Shown one piece after another: positions 42,216-52,555 of a stretch of DNA of 64,000 nt (positions are counted from its first letter, which is position 1; each line of letters begins with the position of its first letter). The stretch is from assembly GCA_963812115.1 (NCBI GenBank), contig CAWEUD010000041.1, forward strand, positions 1,895-65,894, in the 5' to 3' direction. The DNA is from an uncultured Chloroflexia bacterium (GTDB lineage Bacteria > Chloroflexota > Limnocylindria > QHBO01). The notes under the pieces are model-generated. The model was not told the DNA's origin. It made no database searches and saw only the letters and a program-made list of their open reading frames with translations. The position numbers and the translations under genes were made by a program.

Positions 42216-43691
42216 TCAGTCGGATGCGGCGATCCGCTCCGAGACCGGCAGGATGGCGGACCCGACGACACGGTCGTCCACCGCCAGGCTGATCACCCAG
42301 CAACCCGCCGCGTCGAAGTTGACCTCGTCGAGCCACACGTACGAGGTGCTCCCGCCACGGTCCGTGCCCGGCAGGCGCGGCTCCTCGAGTCGGACCTCGC
42401 GGGGCACGCCGGCGCCAAGGGGCTGCGCCCAGGCCGTGATCACCTCGTGCTCGCTCGGCGCCGGCGCGACGCGGGCCAGGATGCGCACGCTTCGATCGTT
42501 CGCCCACCAGCTCGTCCCCGGACCCGGCAGAACCACGAAGCCGTTCGGACCACCGATCTCGCGCATGCCGGCAAGCTGACGCATGGGCGAGGCGGGGCAC
42601 CCATCCACGATCTCCGGCGCCTGCCAGCCGTCCGGAAGCGGCACGACAACGTGAAGGCTTCGCGCGGCGTCGGTGAGGCAGGCGAGCCGGCCCCGCGGGA
42701 TCGAGCCGGGCGGCGCATCGCCCCGGGGATCCCAGACCACCGGATCGCGCGGAACCTGTGCGTAGACCGGCTGGCTGGACTCGAGCATCGGGGCGCTGCC
42801 GCCGAGCTGCGTCAGGGTCGTCCATCCAGCGAAGGCGAGCTCGGCGTCTGCCGGCTGGATGCCGCAGTCGGCGAGGCTCGGCTCCATCGCCAGCTCCGCC
42901 ACCGCAGGGAGCGGGGGTTCGGCCGCGACCAGCGCCGGGGTGCCGTCGGCACGCGGCGTTCCGGACGGGGTGAGGTGCGAGGTCGGGTCGCTCGCGCGCG
43001 GTGCCGTGAGCATCAGAGCTGCCAGCACCGCGACGCCGGCCGCGGCCGCCGCCAGGGGCATCGCTCGTCGCCAGGCGGCGCGAGGCGCGGGGAGCGGCTC
43101 GTCGATGCACGCCAGCACGGCATCGGGCGTGAGCGAAACGGAGAGACCGGCAACGTTCGCGGCCACGACCGTGCGCAGGTGGTCCGACCGGTCGGACGCC
43201 AGGCGGAGGAGCGCGCCGGCGCGCCGCCGTGCCCCTCCTCGCAATCCGAGCGCGTCGATCGCGGCCGAGGGCGCCAGCCCTGCCAACTGCACCAGGGCCA
43301 CGGTGGCTCGCTCCTCGGGCCGCAGGGCGAGCAGCGCCTCCGCGCCGGGCTGCCGGATCGCGTCGACCTCGCGCACCGTCTCGCGGAGCGTCAGGGCCTC
43401 GCGGGCTGCGGCCGCGACGAGATGGGCGCAGGGGTTGGCCGATGACGCCGGCCACGCGGCGGGAGGCAGTCGCCACGAGCGCCCGATGGCGAGGGCCGCG
43501 GCCCTGGTGGCCGCTTCGCGATCCTGGAGGATCACGTGGGCGGCGCCCACCATCTGCCGGCCGCAGGTCGTCAGGAGCTCCGGGATGGCGCCGCGATCAC
43601 GGGCGCGGAGGCGCCCGGCGGGCTCCTGCCTCGATCGCGCGTTCACCATGCAAGAGCATACGCCGCGGGACACGCTGCGGACTTCCGGCAC
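42216..43691 (-). CDS. Membrane-anchored protein: degenerate ECF-sigma-like N-terminal domain, one TM helix, approximately 260-aa extracytoplasmic domain of unknown family
   Basis: Region-2-like ..AAHVILQDREAATRAAALAIGRSWR. Region-4-like LLALRPEERATVALVQLAGLAPSAAIDALGLRGGARRRAGALLRL. TM MPLAAAAAGVAVLAALMLTA. C-terminal Cys-containing domain. GTG 43691 abuts the upstream stop (alternative ATG 43649). Confidence 0.6.
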   Translation of the reverse strand: MPEVRSVSRGVCSCMVNARSRQEPAGRLRARDRGAIPELLTTCGRQMVGAAHVILQDREAATRAAALAIGRSWRLPPAAWPASSANPCAHLVAAAAREALTLRETVREVDAIRQPGAEALLALRPEERATVALVQLAGLAPSAAIDALGLRGGARRRAGALLRLASDRSDHLRTVVAANVAGLSVSLTPDAVLACIDEPLPAPRAAWRRAMPLAAAAAGVAVLAALMLTAPRASDPTSHLTPSGTPRADGTPALVAAEPPLPAVAELAMEPSLADCGIQPADAELAFAGWTTLTQLGGSAPMLESSQPVYAQVPRDPVVWDPRGDAPPGSIPRGRLACLTDAARSLHVVVPLPDGWQAPEIVDGCPASPMRQLAGMREIGGPNGFVVLPGPGTSWWANDRSVRILARVAPAPSEHEVITAWAQPLGAGVPREVRLEEPRLPGTDRGGSTSYVWLDEVNFDAAGCWVISLAVDDRVVGSAILPVSERIAASD

Positions 43692-44828
43692 TCAGGTCGC
43701 GAGTGGACGGGCTGCCCGCAGCTCGCGCGGAATTCGACCCGGATTGCTGATCGCGTCGACCGCCAGCGCGGCCGACGCTGGTCCGGTGGAGATGCCCCAT
43801 GGCCCGTGGCCGGCGCACACGAAGAGCCCGTCCATCCCGGGCATCGGACCGATGAACGGGAGGCCGTCGACGGACTGGGGACGCGCGCAGGTGCGCACCT
43901 CGGCGACCGGCGCGGCGGCGACCGCGGGCAGGTATGCCACGGCCCGGTCGATCAGCAGCCGCGAGGTGCGCTGCTGGTCGGGCTCAGCCGACAGGAAGGT
44001 CGACCCGAGCGTCGAGATGCCCGCTGCGCTGGCGAGCGAGAAGAGGCTCGGCGGGTCGACCTCCTCTGTCGCTGCGGCCCGCGCGGCGGCGGCCGCCGGC
44101 CGGTTCGCGGCGTCCACCTCGTCTTCCTCGACGATATGGCGCGGGGCGGCCGCGCCAAGCGCCAGCTGAACGGTGACTCCCCAGGTCCGGACGATCGGCC
44201 GCCAGGCGCCGCCGGGGTCGGCGAGGCCGGGGGTCCAGGGCCCGGCCGCCACGAGGACGGCACCGGCGGCGACCGTCTCGCCGTTCGCCAGCCGGACTCC
44301 GACGGCGCGCCCATCGCCGAGCCAGGGCTCCGCCGCGACCCCGATCCGCAGGGTCGCCCCGCGCCGCTCCGCGAGCCGTGCCCAGCCGATGGTCGCGGAG
44401 GCCGGGGGAATCGGGTACCCGGTCGCCAGGCGGCACGCGGCAAACCCGCTCGCGAGCGCGGGCTCCTCGGCCGCCACGGCGTCGGCATCGAGGAAGGTCG
44501 GAGCCAGCTCCGGGACCGTGGCGGAGAGCCGCGCCGCCTGGGCGCGTGCGGCATCGGCGTCGGCGTTCAGCAGCAGGAGTCCAGCCGGAGCCGGCGGGAG
44601 GTCGAAGCCGACCTCTTCGTCGGCCAGGCGGGCGTATCGGTCAAGGCTGTCGTGGAAGAGGGGGGCCAGCACGGGATCGAACGGGTGCTGCAGGGCGCCG
44701 AGGTTGCGACCGGAGGCGCCCGCTCCGATTGCGGTCGCCTCGAAGAGGGTGACGCCGGCGCCGCGCTCCGCGAGGAGGGCCGCGGCCGAGCAGCCGATGA
44801 TGCCGCCTCCGATGATCGCGACGTCCAC
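43692..44828 (-). CDS. FAD-dependent oxidoreductase (DAO family, glycine/D-amino-acid oxidase-like)
   Basis: GTG start. Dinucleotide fold VAIIGGGIIGCSAAALLAERG..VTLFE, ASGRNLG. C-terminal GHGPWGIS. Confidence 0.8.
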   Translation of the reverse strand: MDVAIIGGGIIGCSAAALLAERGAGVTLFEATAIGAGASGRNLGALQHPFDPVLAPLFHDSLDRYARLADEEVGFDLPPAPAGLLLLNADADAARAQAARLSATVPELAPTFLDADAVAAEEPALASGFAACRLATGYPIPPASATIGWARLAERRGATLRIGVAAEPWLGDGRAVGVRLANGETVAAGAVLVAAGPWTPGLADPGGAWRPIVRTWGVTVQLALGAAAPRHIVEEDEVDAANRPAAAAARAAATEEVDPPSLFSLASAAGISTLGSTFLSAEPDQQRTSRLLIDRAVAYLPAVAAAPVAEVRTCARPQSVDGLPFIGPMPGMDGLFVCAGHGPWGISTGPASAALAVDAISNPGRIPRELRAARPLAT

Positions 44829-45162
44829 GCTCAGCCGCCCCCCGCAATCGAGTCGTTCGCCCGGTTGCCGCGCCGATAGACCTTGGTCATGTCGCGTATC
44901 CCGAGCAGCACCCTGTCTCTCCTGTCAGCCGCGGCCCACCTCTGCGCCGCCCGATGTGACGACATCCACCGACGCCTTGTCGGAGATCCGAAGCTTCGCA
45001 CCTCCCGACGCGCTCCCCGCGACCGATCCACTCGCCGGCACCTCGGCCGTCGCGGAGATCGTAGCCCGCGCACCGCCCGACGCGCGCGAGGGCGATGGCA
45101 CGTGCGCGCACCGCGACCTACGACGAAGCCGGACCCGCGTCCACCGGGCTACCATCGGCTGC

Positions 45163-45759
45163 GTGAAGGTCATCTGCGGCCTGGGCAACCCGGGCGAGCG
45201 CTACCGGCTCACGCGCCACAACGTCGGCTTCCGGGTGGTCGACCTGCTCGCGGACCGATGGGCCCTGACCGGCCAGGGTCGGGTCAAGGATGGCGCTGCC
45301 CTGCTGGAGGCCCGCCGGGACCCGCAGTCCGAACCGATCCTGCTGGTGAAGCCGCTGCGCTTCATGAACCTGTCGGGCGGCCCGCTCGCCGCCGCCCTCC
45401 GCAACAGCCCCGCGGAGCCGACCGAAGACCTGCTGGTGGTCACCGATGACGTGGACCTGCCGCTCGGGAGGCTGCGGCTGCGGCGCGCGGGCTCGGCCGG
45501 AGGGCACAACGGCCTGCGGGACATCATCGCTCGCCTGGGGAGTGACGAGTTCGCCCGTCTGCGGGTGGGGATCGGGCGCTCCGGGAGCTCACGGGCGACG
45601 ATGGACCACGTGCTCTCGACCTTCAAGCCCGATGAGCGCGAGCTCTCCGATGAGGCGATCGCCACGGCTGCCGACGCGGCGGAGCGCTGGCTGGCCGAGG
45701 GGATCGATCCGGCCATGAACGCCTTCAACGGCGTGGACCTGGCCGTCCCGCCGGCGTGA
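45163..45759 (+). CDS. pth: Peptidyl-tRNA hydrolase
   Basis: GTG 45163. VICGLGNPGERYRLTRHNVGF, KPLRFMNLSG, GSAGGHNGLRDI. Confidence 0.92.
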   Translation: MKVICGLGNPGERYRLTRHNVGFRVVDLLADRWALTGQGRVKDGAALLEARRDPQSEPILLVKPLRFMNLSGGPLAAALRNSPAEPTEDLLVVTDDVDLPLGRLRLRRAGSAGGHNGLRDIIARLGSDEFARLRVGIGRSGSSRATMDHVLSTFKPDERELSDEAIATAADAAERWLAEGIDPAMNAFNGVDLAVPPA

Positions 45760-48700
45760 CCACGACGCATTCGCGCCCCGCAGCCGGCTCGCCGCTCCCG
45801 CCACGGGGCGGTGCCGACCGGCGCATCGCCGCCCTCACGGCCCTCGTCGCGGCGGCCCAGCCGCCGCCAGGCCCGCTGCGCGTCCCGGCCGGCGCGCGAG
45901 CGGCCCACCTGGCAGCGCGCCGTGAGGCCGTCGCGTCGTCGCGGCCGCTGGTCGTGGTCGTGCGCAACGACGAAGAGGCCCACCGCCTGGCCGACGACCT
46001 GGCCGCCTGGCTGCTGCACGGGAGCGTCCGCGTGCTGCCCGAGCGGGCGGCAATCCCCTTCGAGCGCGCGCTGCCGGAGCACGACGAGTCGGCGGAACGG
46101 CTGCACGTCCTCGCCGCCTTGGGAGCGCCGTCCCGCTCCCTGGTCCTTGTGGCGCCGCTGCTGGCGCTCGTGCAGCGGACGATCTCGCCGGCGCAGCTGG
46201 CCAGCGGCCGCACAGGCCTCTCGGTCGGGGAGCGCATCGTCCAGCGCGACCTGCTGGCGGGCCTGGTCGGTGGCGGCTACGACGCCGCCGTCGAGGTCAG
46301 CGGCGTGGGCGAGTTCGCGGCCCGCGGCGGGATCATCGACGTGTGGCCGCCGGGCGCCGCCGAGCCGCTCCGCATCGAGCTGTTCGGCGACGAGGTCGAG
46401 TCGCTCCGCACGTTCGACCCGATGACGCAGGGGAGCCGCCGCCGGCTGGAGAAGGCGACGCTGCTGCCGGCGAGCGAATTCCTGCCGCCGGACGGCTGGG
46501 CAAGCCTGGCGGGGCAGGGTGCTTCCGCCAACCTGCCGGAGCAGCTGCGAGCCGACCTCGTGCGGCTCGAGCAGGGCAACCTCGCCGAGGCGGCCGAAAC
46601 CTGGGCCCGATCGCTCACCGCGGGGCCAACCCTCGACCACGTGCCGGCGGCGGCCCACCTCGTCCTGACCGATCCGGGGGAGCTGCGGGCGATCGCCCTG
46701 GACCTGGACGTGCGGGCCGGCCAGCGTCTCGCCGCCCTGGCCGATCACGGCGAGCTGCCCGAGGACTGGCCCCTTCCCTACGACGCCGACGCCGCACTGC
46801 AGCAGCTCGCGGACCGGGCGGCCGAGACCCTCGACGAGCAGGACGGCGACGACCCGGGTTTCGGCCCGGCGCCGGCGCTGCCGGGACGCGCCGACCGCGT
46901 CGGCGCCTGGCTGGCCGAGCTCGCCGGCGGGTCGCGGCGCATCGTGATCAGCACCGACCAGGCCAGCCGCATCGGCGAGCTGCTCGAGGAGGCCGGCCTG
47001 CCGTCGGCGCCGGGTGCCGAGCTGCGGCAACCGCCGCCGGCCGGCGGCATCGGCCTGGTGCACGGATCGCTCTCCGCGGGGTTCGCGCACGCGCCCTCGA
47101 ACCTGCTGCTGCTGACCGACCGGGAGCTGTTCGGCGCGACGAGGATCCGCCGCCTGACCCCGGCCAAGCGGGTGGTGACGCGCGACCTGGTCGGGAAGCT
47201 GGAGCCCGGCGACCTGGTCGTCCATGTCGACCACGGCATCGCGCGCTACGTGGGCATGACCCAGCGCGAGTACGGCGGAGCCACCAAGGAGTATCTGCAG
47301 CTCGACTTCGCCGGTGACGACAAGATCTTCCTGCCGGCGGATCAGATCGGCCGGATCACGCGGTACAGCGGGGGGGCCGGCCCCGCGCTCTCGAAGCTCG
47401 GCGGGACGGAGTGGGAGCGCACGAAACGGCGTGTCCGTCGGGCCGTGGCGGACCTGGCCAACGAGCTGATCGAGATCTACGCGGCGCGCGAGTCGTCGCC
47501 GGGCTTCAGCTTCTCCCCGGACACGATGTGGCAGCGCGAGCTGGAGGAGGCCTTCCCGTACACCGAGACGCCCGACCAGGCGCGGACCATCGAGGAGGTG
47601 AAGGCCGACATGCTTCGTCGGCGGCCGATGGACCGGCTGGTCTGCGGCGACGTGGGCTACGGCAAGACCGAGGTCGCGCTGCGGGCCGCCTTCAAGGCGG
47701 TGCAGGACGGGCGCCAGGTGGCGGTGCTGGTGCCCACCACCGTGCTGGCGCAGCAGCACCTGGTCACGTTCCAGCGTCGGCTGGCTCCGTTTCCGGTCCG
47801 CGTGGAGATGCTGAGCCGGTTCGTCTCGAAGCGGAAGCAGGCGCGAGGTTCTCGACCGGCGTGGCGGACGGCACGGTGGACGTGCTGGTCGGCACCCACC
47901 GGATCCTGTCCAGGGACGTCACCTTCGCGGACCTGGGGATGCTGGTCGTCGACGAGGAGCAGCGCTTCGGGGTGGCGCACAAGGAGCGCATCAAGTCGAT
48001 GCGCCGCGAGGTGGACGTGCTGACGCTCTCCGCCACCCCCATCCCGCGCACGCTGCACCTCTCGCTGGTCGGTATCCGCGACCTGTCCGTGATCGAGACG
48101 CCGCCCGAGGCGCGCCTGCCGATCCAGACGCGCATCGCCGAGGACGACGACGGCCTGGTGCGCGACGCGATCAACCGCGAGCTCGACCGCGGCGGGCAGG
48201 TCTTCTTCGTCCACAACCGGGTCGACACCATCGAGGGCGCGGCGGAGCGGGTGCGCCGGCTGGTGCCGCGTGCGCGCGTCGCCATCGGTCACGGGCAGAT
48301 GGCGGAGGGGATGCTGGAGCGGGTGATGCTCGACTTCGACGCGGGCCGCCACGACGTCCTGGTCTGCACCACCATCATCGAGTCGGGCCTGGACATCCCG
48401 AATGCCAACACCATCATCATCAGCCGCGCCGATACCTTCGGGCTGGCGCAGCTCTACCAGCTGCGCGGGCGGGTGGGCCGATCCGACCGCCGCGCGTACG
48501 CCTACCTGCTCCATCGGCGCGGGATGCCCCTCTCGCCGATCGCGCGCAAGCGGCTGCACGCCATCTTCAGCGCCTCCGACCTGGGCGCCGGCTACCAGAT
48601 TGCGCTCTCCGACCTGGAGATTCGCGGCGCGGGCAACATCCTCGGCGCGGAGCAGCACGGGCACATGGAGGCGGTCGGCTTCGAGCTCTACACCCGGATG

Positions 48701-49210
48701 CTGGCCGAGGCGGTGGACGCGCTTCGCGGCCGGGTGGTCGCCGCCGAGCCCGGTCCGGTTCGCCTGGACCTGCCCGGCTCCGCCTACCTGCCCGATGCCT
48801 ACGTCGAGGACTCCGGCGGCAAGCTGGAGATCTACCGCCGATTCGCCGCGATCCGTTCCGACGCCGATGCCGCCGCCCTGCGCGACGAGCTGCGCGATCG
48901 CTTCGGCCCGGTGCCGCCCCCGGTCGAGGGGCTCTTCCGTGCCGTGGCGGTCCGCATGGCGGCGGAGGCAGCTGGCGTCCCGGAGGTCCGCGCCGAGGCG
49001 CGCCAGGTGGTCCTCAGGTGGCCCCGCTACGACCGGTCGAGGGTGTCGCGCGCGCTCGGGGTCGCCGGCTTCCGTCCGTCGTTCGGCTCGAACCAGGTCC
49101 GCATCCCGGTCGCCGCCACGCGCCATGCCGCGGATGTCGCGCTCCGAGCGCTCACCGCCCTGGCGCGGGGAGCCGTCGAGGTCGAATCGCCAGCTGCAGA
49201 CCGGAGTTGA
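45756..49210 (+). CDS. mfd: Transcription-repair coupling factor Mfd, frame disrupted near 47844-47857
   Basis: GTG overlaps the pth stop. N-terminal UvrB-homology and CarD-like region (VVHVDHGIARYVG) and Walker A CGDVGYGKTEVALRAAF are in ORF 45756..48023. GVADGTVDVLVGTHRIL, DEEQRFGV, helicase C and TRCF domains are in ORF 47411..49210. EVLD between them reads in the third frame. Confidence 0.92.
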
Positions 49211-49291
49211 CACCAGCGGCAGCGATGCCTGTTGCCTGCTGGCATCGGTGATGCAGCCGCATCCCCCTGGAACACTGCAAGGGGAGAACAC

Positions 49292-49672
49292 ATGGGAACC
49301 GTTTCGGCTCCGCATCGCAGTCCGACCGCGCCGAAGGAGCGCGACTGGGACTGGGATGGCTCCGACAAGATGAACCGCATCATCGAGGAGCGCGGTTGGG
49401 ACGGCGTCGCGCTGGCGCACGCCTGGCACGATACGGCCGAGGATCCGCAGCACGATCCGCCGCAGGAGAAGGGCGCGTACAAGCTGCCGCACCACGAGCT
49501 GGTAGATGGCGAGCTCCGCGTCGTGTGGCGTGGCGTGGTGGCCGCCATGACGGTCGTCAACGGCGCACGCGGCGGTGTCGATATCCCGGATGCGGACCGG
49601 CGCAGGGTGTACGACCACCTGTCCGAGCACTACGCCGAGTTCGACGAGGCGCCGCCGGACTACCAGCCCTAA
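49292..49672 (+). CDS. Hypothetical acidic protein (126 aa)
   Basis: GGGGAG lies 7 nt upstream of ATG 49292. ..WDWDGSDKMNRI..AYKLPHHELVDGELRVVWRGVVAAMTVVNGARGGVDIPDADRRRVYDHLSEHYAEFDEAPPDYQP*. Protein-like composition. Confidence 0.5.
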   Translation: MGTVSAPHRSPTAPKERDWDWDGSDKMNRIIEERGWDGVALAHAWHDTAEDPQHDPPQEKGAYKLPHHELVDGELRVVWRGVVAAMTVVNGARGGVDIPDADRRRVYDHLSEHYAEFDEAPPDYQP

Positions 49673-49675
49673 CCC

Positions 49676-50440
49676 CTACAGCTCCTGCCGTCGGAAGACT
49701 GCCCACGACAGGAGCGCCAGGCCCGCCACGATCCCCAGGTTGACCAGCACGGGACCGATGAGGCCGCCGCTATCGGTCCCGAGTGCCAGGGCCATGGCTG
49801 GCGCGCCGGAGATGCCCGCCGGCGTGTACGGCGCCACGCTGGGCAGCGCAGAGATGACGCCGACCGCGATCAACCCGCCGATCCCGATGCCGGCGGCGGC
49901 GATTGACGAGCGTGTGAGCGTGCTGCCGAGGAACGTGAGCGCCGCGTACGCGACCAGCGCCAAGAGGAGGAGCGCCGTCATCCCGGTCCAGCCAAGGACG
50001 CTGGGATATTCGAACAGGAGCCCGGTGTAGAACCAGGCGACGGCCGACGCGATCACCAGGCTGACGCCAAGCGTGCAGATGATGCCGACCAGCTTCGCCA
50101 GCAGGTACGCGCCGCGGGACGCCGGCTTGCTGAGGATCAGGGCCGCCGTGCCGCGCTCCTTCTCGGTGGCTACGCTCCCCATCGCCAGCAGGATCGCGGT
50201 CAGGATGCCGGCCTGCCCGACGTTCTTCAGCGTCTGGTCCACCGCGTCCTTCACGGTCGGAGTTGGGAACTCGATGTCGAAGGGGACGCCCCCCGCCGCC
50301 TGGATCAGCTCCGCGGTGTAGCGAGCCAGGAACGGGGACCCGATGCCCACCACGGCGAACACGATGGCGACCACCAGGAGGCGCCGTGTGCGCCACTGCT
50401 CCAGCAGCTCCTTGCGGAGGAGGGGCACGAAGCCGGTCAT
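49676..50440 (-). CDS. ABC-2-type transporter permease
   Basis: ATG 50440 overlaps the ATPase stop (ATGA). MTGFVPLLRKELLEQWRTRRLLVV.. and six hydrophobic helices. The ORF-track extension to 50791 is antisense/out of frame with the ATPase gene. Confidence 0.75.
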   Translation of the reverse strand: MTGFVPLLRKELLEQWRTRRLLVVAIVFAVVGIGSPFLARYTAELIQAAGGVPFDIEFPTPTVKDAVDQTLKNVGQAGILTAILLAMGSVATEKERGTAALILSKPASRGAYLLAKLVGIICTLGVSLVIASAVAWFYTGLLFEYPSVLGWTGMTALLLLALVAYAALTFLGSTLTRSSIAAAGIGIGGLIAVGVISALPSVAPYTPAGISGAPAMALALGTDSGGLIGPVLVNLGIVAGLALLSWAVFRRQEL

Positions 50441-51399
50441 GCCGCCGCTCCGTTTCCTCGACGGCCGACCAGCTGCAGGAAGACGTCTTCCAGCGTTGGG
50501 CGCTGCCGCTCGAAGGTGAGCAGGCCGACGCCCGTGGACGCGACCGCCGCCAGGATGCGTGGTGAGATGCCCGCCTCGTCCGAGACGATCACCCGCAGCA
50601 CGGCGTGCCCGGCGTCGACCTCGGTCACGCCGGGGATCGCCCGGAGTGCGTGCACCAGCCGCTCGCGCTCGGCGGCATCGGCGCCCTCCGGCTCCAGCAG
50701 GAAGACCGGCCGGGCGTAACGTGCCAGCAGCTCGTCCATGGGCGCCTCGGTGACCAGGCGACCGTGGTCCAGGATCGCCACTCGGTCGCACACCCGCTCC
50801 ACGTCGTTGAGGATGTGGGTCGAGAAGAGCACGGTCGACTCTCCGGCGAGCCGCCGGATGACCTCCAGCACGTCTCGGCGGCCCTCAGGGTCGAGCGCGC
50901 TGACCGGCTCGTCGAGCAGCAGGACCGGGGGGCGGTTGAGAACCGCCTGCGCCAGGCCCAGTCGCTGACGCATGCCGCCCGAGTAGCCACTGATGGAGCG
51001 ACGGCCGGCATCGGCCAGGCCGACCAGCTCGAGCGTCTCCGCGACGCGCGCGCGGAGCTCGGCACCGTGCATCCCGTACAGGTTGCCGACCAGCTCGAGC
51101 AGTTCGCGTCCCTTCATCCAGCCATGGAAGCGCGGGTCCTGGTCCAGGTAGCCCAGGAGGGCCATGCGGTTCGGCTCGCCGCTGCCGACCGGGACGCCCA
51201 GCACGGTGGCGGATCCGCTGCTGGCGTTCGCCAGCGAGGTGAGGATGCGCAGCGTGGTGGTCTTTCCCGCGCCGTTGGGCCCCAGGAAACCGAAGACGCT
51301 CCCGACGGGAACCTCCAGATCGAGGCGGTCGAGGGCGACGACGTTCCCGTAGCGCTTGCTGAGCGCGTGAACCGAGATGGCGGCGGCATCAGTCGACAT
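50437..51399 (-). CDS. ABC transporter ATP-binding protein
   Basis: Walker A GPNGAGKTT, signature YSGGMRQRLGLA, Walker B VLLLDEP, H-loop STHIL. Confidence 0.92.
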   Translation of the reverse strand: MSTDAAAISVHALSKRYGNVVALDRLDLEVPVGSVFGFLGPNGAGKTTTLRILTSLANASSGSATVLGVPVGSGEPNRMALLGYLDQDPRFHGWMKGRELLELVGNLYGMHGAELRARVAETLELVGLADAGRRSISGYSGGMRQRLGLAQAVLNRPPVLLLDEPVSALDPEGRRDVLEVIRRLAGESTVLFSTHILNDVERVCDRVAILDHGRLVTEAPMDELLARYARPVFLLEPEGADAAERERLVHALRAIPGVTEVDAGHAVLRVIVSDEAGISPRILAAVASTGVGLLTFERQRPTLEDVFLQLVGRRGNGAAA

Positions 51400-51409
51400 T
51401 CGGCGGTGT

Positions 51410-51610
51410 CTAGGACTCTTCGCGACCGAACAGGAAGTAGACGAGCGGCCCGAACACGTTGATGACGACGATCACGATGCCCCACATCACCTTGCTGCCG
51501 CCTTTCACGCGACGGTCCGGACGGGTGAGGTCGTAGAGCCCGATCGCCATCAGTGCCAGCTGGAGGATGACAACCGGAATTAGGAAGGGGAGGAGCTGTT
51601 CAATCGTCAT
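51410..51610 (-). CDS. Small PLDc_N-domain membrane protein (66 aa)
   Basis: Two TM helices separated by LYDLTRPDRRVKGGSKVMW.. and ending GPLVYFLFGR, the pattern of the PLD-nuclease N-terminal domain family. Confidence 0.7.
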   Translation of the reverse strand: MTIEQLLPFLIPVVILQLALMAIGLYDLTRPDRRVKGGSKVMWGIVIVVINVFGPLVYFLFGREES

Positions 51611-52280
51611 TCGCTTGTGACTCCATGCTCTGGCGGTTGTTGTCCTCCCGCCATACGAGGTACGAGTAGGCCACCGGCACGGCTACCACCACGATCAACC
51701 CTGGGATGAGCACTGGCAGCAGCCATGCGGGGTTGAGCGCACCCAGGAGCACCATCACGGCACCGTAGGCCGCGAAGAGGTAGCCCCCGAGCCGATGCGT
51801 CAGCGTCCACGACCGCTCGCTGGTCAGTGTCCACGGCGTGCGGATACCAAAGAACCAGCTGCTGCGCGTCTTGCCGAGGTAGTTGCCGATGATCACGAAG
51901 AGCAGTCCCACGCCGATGGCGACGACGCGCGCCATGTCGACGTCGCGACCGGTGGCCGTCACGACCGCTGCCGCATGCAGGGCCAGCAGCAGGGCCAGGA
52001 CGGCGTAGGCGATGGCGCGGTAGGCCGGCTGCGATCGCAGGATGTTCGTCCTCCGCGGATCGATCCCGGGTATGAACGCGAGCAGCGCACCGACGCCCAG
52101 CGCGAGCGCCGGCACCAGGAGCAGCCCGACCTCCTTCGAGGCGAATCCGTCTGCTTCCCCGCTCGGGCCCCAGTGGATGGCGACCTGCGCATCTGCCGGA
52201 ACCTGGCCCCATGCCCAGCCGCTGACGGCCAGCATGAGGAGGGTCGCGATGCCGGTGGCGATGAGGATGGATCGGGTCAT
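51600..52280 (-). CDS. SdpI/DUF1648-family membrane protein (immunity/signal-transduction-like)
   Basis: VAIHWGPSGEADGF (DUF1648), then GNYLGKTRSSWFFGIRTPWTLTSERSWTLTHR (SdpI motif). Overlaps the next gene by 11 nt. Confidence 0.78.
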   Translation of the reverse strand: MTRSILIATGIATLLMLAVSGWAWGQVPADAQVAIHWGPSGEADGFASKEVGLLLVPALALGVGALLAFIPGIDPRRTNILRSQPAYRAIAYAVLALLLALHAAAVVTATGRDVDMARVVAIGVGLLFVIIGNYLGKTRSSWFFGIRTPWTLTSERSWTLTHRLGGYLFAAYGAVMVLLGALNPAWLLPVLIPGLIVVVAVPVAYSYLVWREDNNRQSMESQANDD

Positions 52281-52555
52281 GAGTTGCTCTCCGCCGGCTG
52301 GACGCCCAGCGTCTCCATGAGGCGTGCGAGGGCTCGTTCCAGCAGGCTCACGTTAAGGTGGTAGGTGATCGAGGTCCCGTGCCGATCGGCCTGAACCAGG
52401 TCGGCCTCGCGCAGCACGCGCAGGTGCGCAGAGATCGTCGGCCACGACTGCGAGAAGTTCGCCTGCAGGTCGCCTGCCGTCATGTCGCCGTTCCGCAGCA
52501 GGGCCAGGATCTGGCGACGCGTTGGATCGGAGAGCGCACGGTACACGTCATTCAT
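52277..52555 (-). CDS. ArsR/SdpR-family autorepressor (winged HTH)
   Basis: VYRALSDPTRRQILALLRNGDMTAGDLQANFSQSWPTISAHLRVLREADLV. 4-nt overlap with the SdpI-like gene. Confidence 0.85.
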   Translation of the reverse strand: MNDVYRALSDPTRRQILALLRNGDMTAGDLQANFSQSWPTISAHLRVLREADLVQADRHGTSITYHLNVSLLERALARLMETLGVQPAESNS

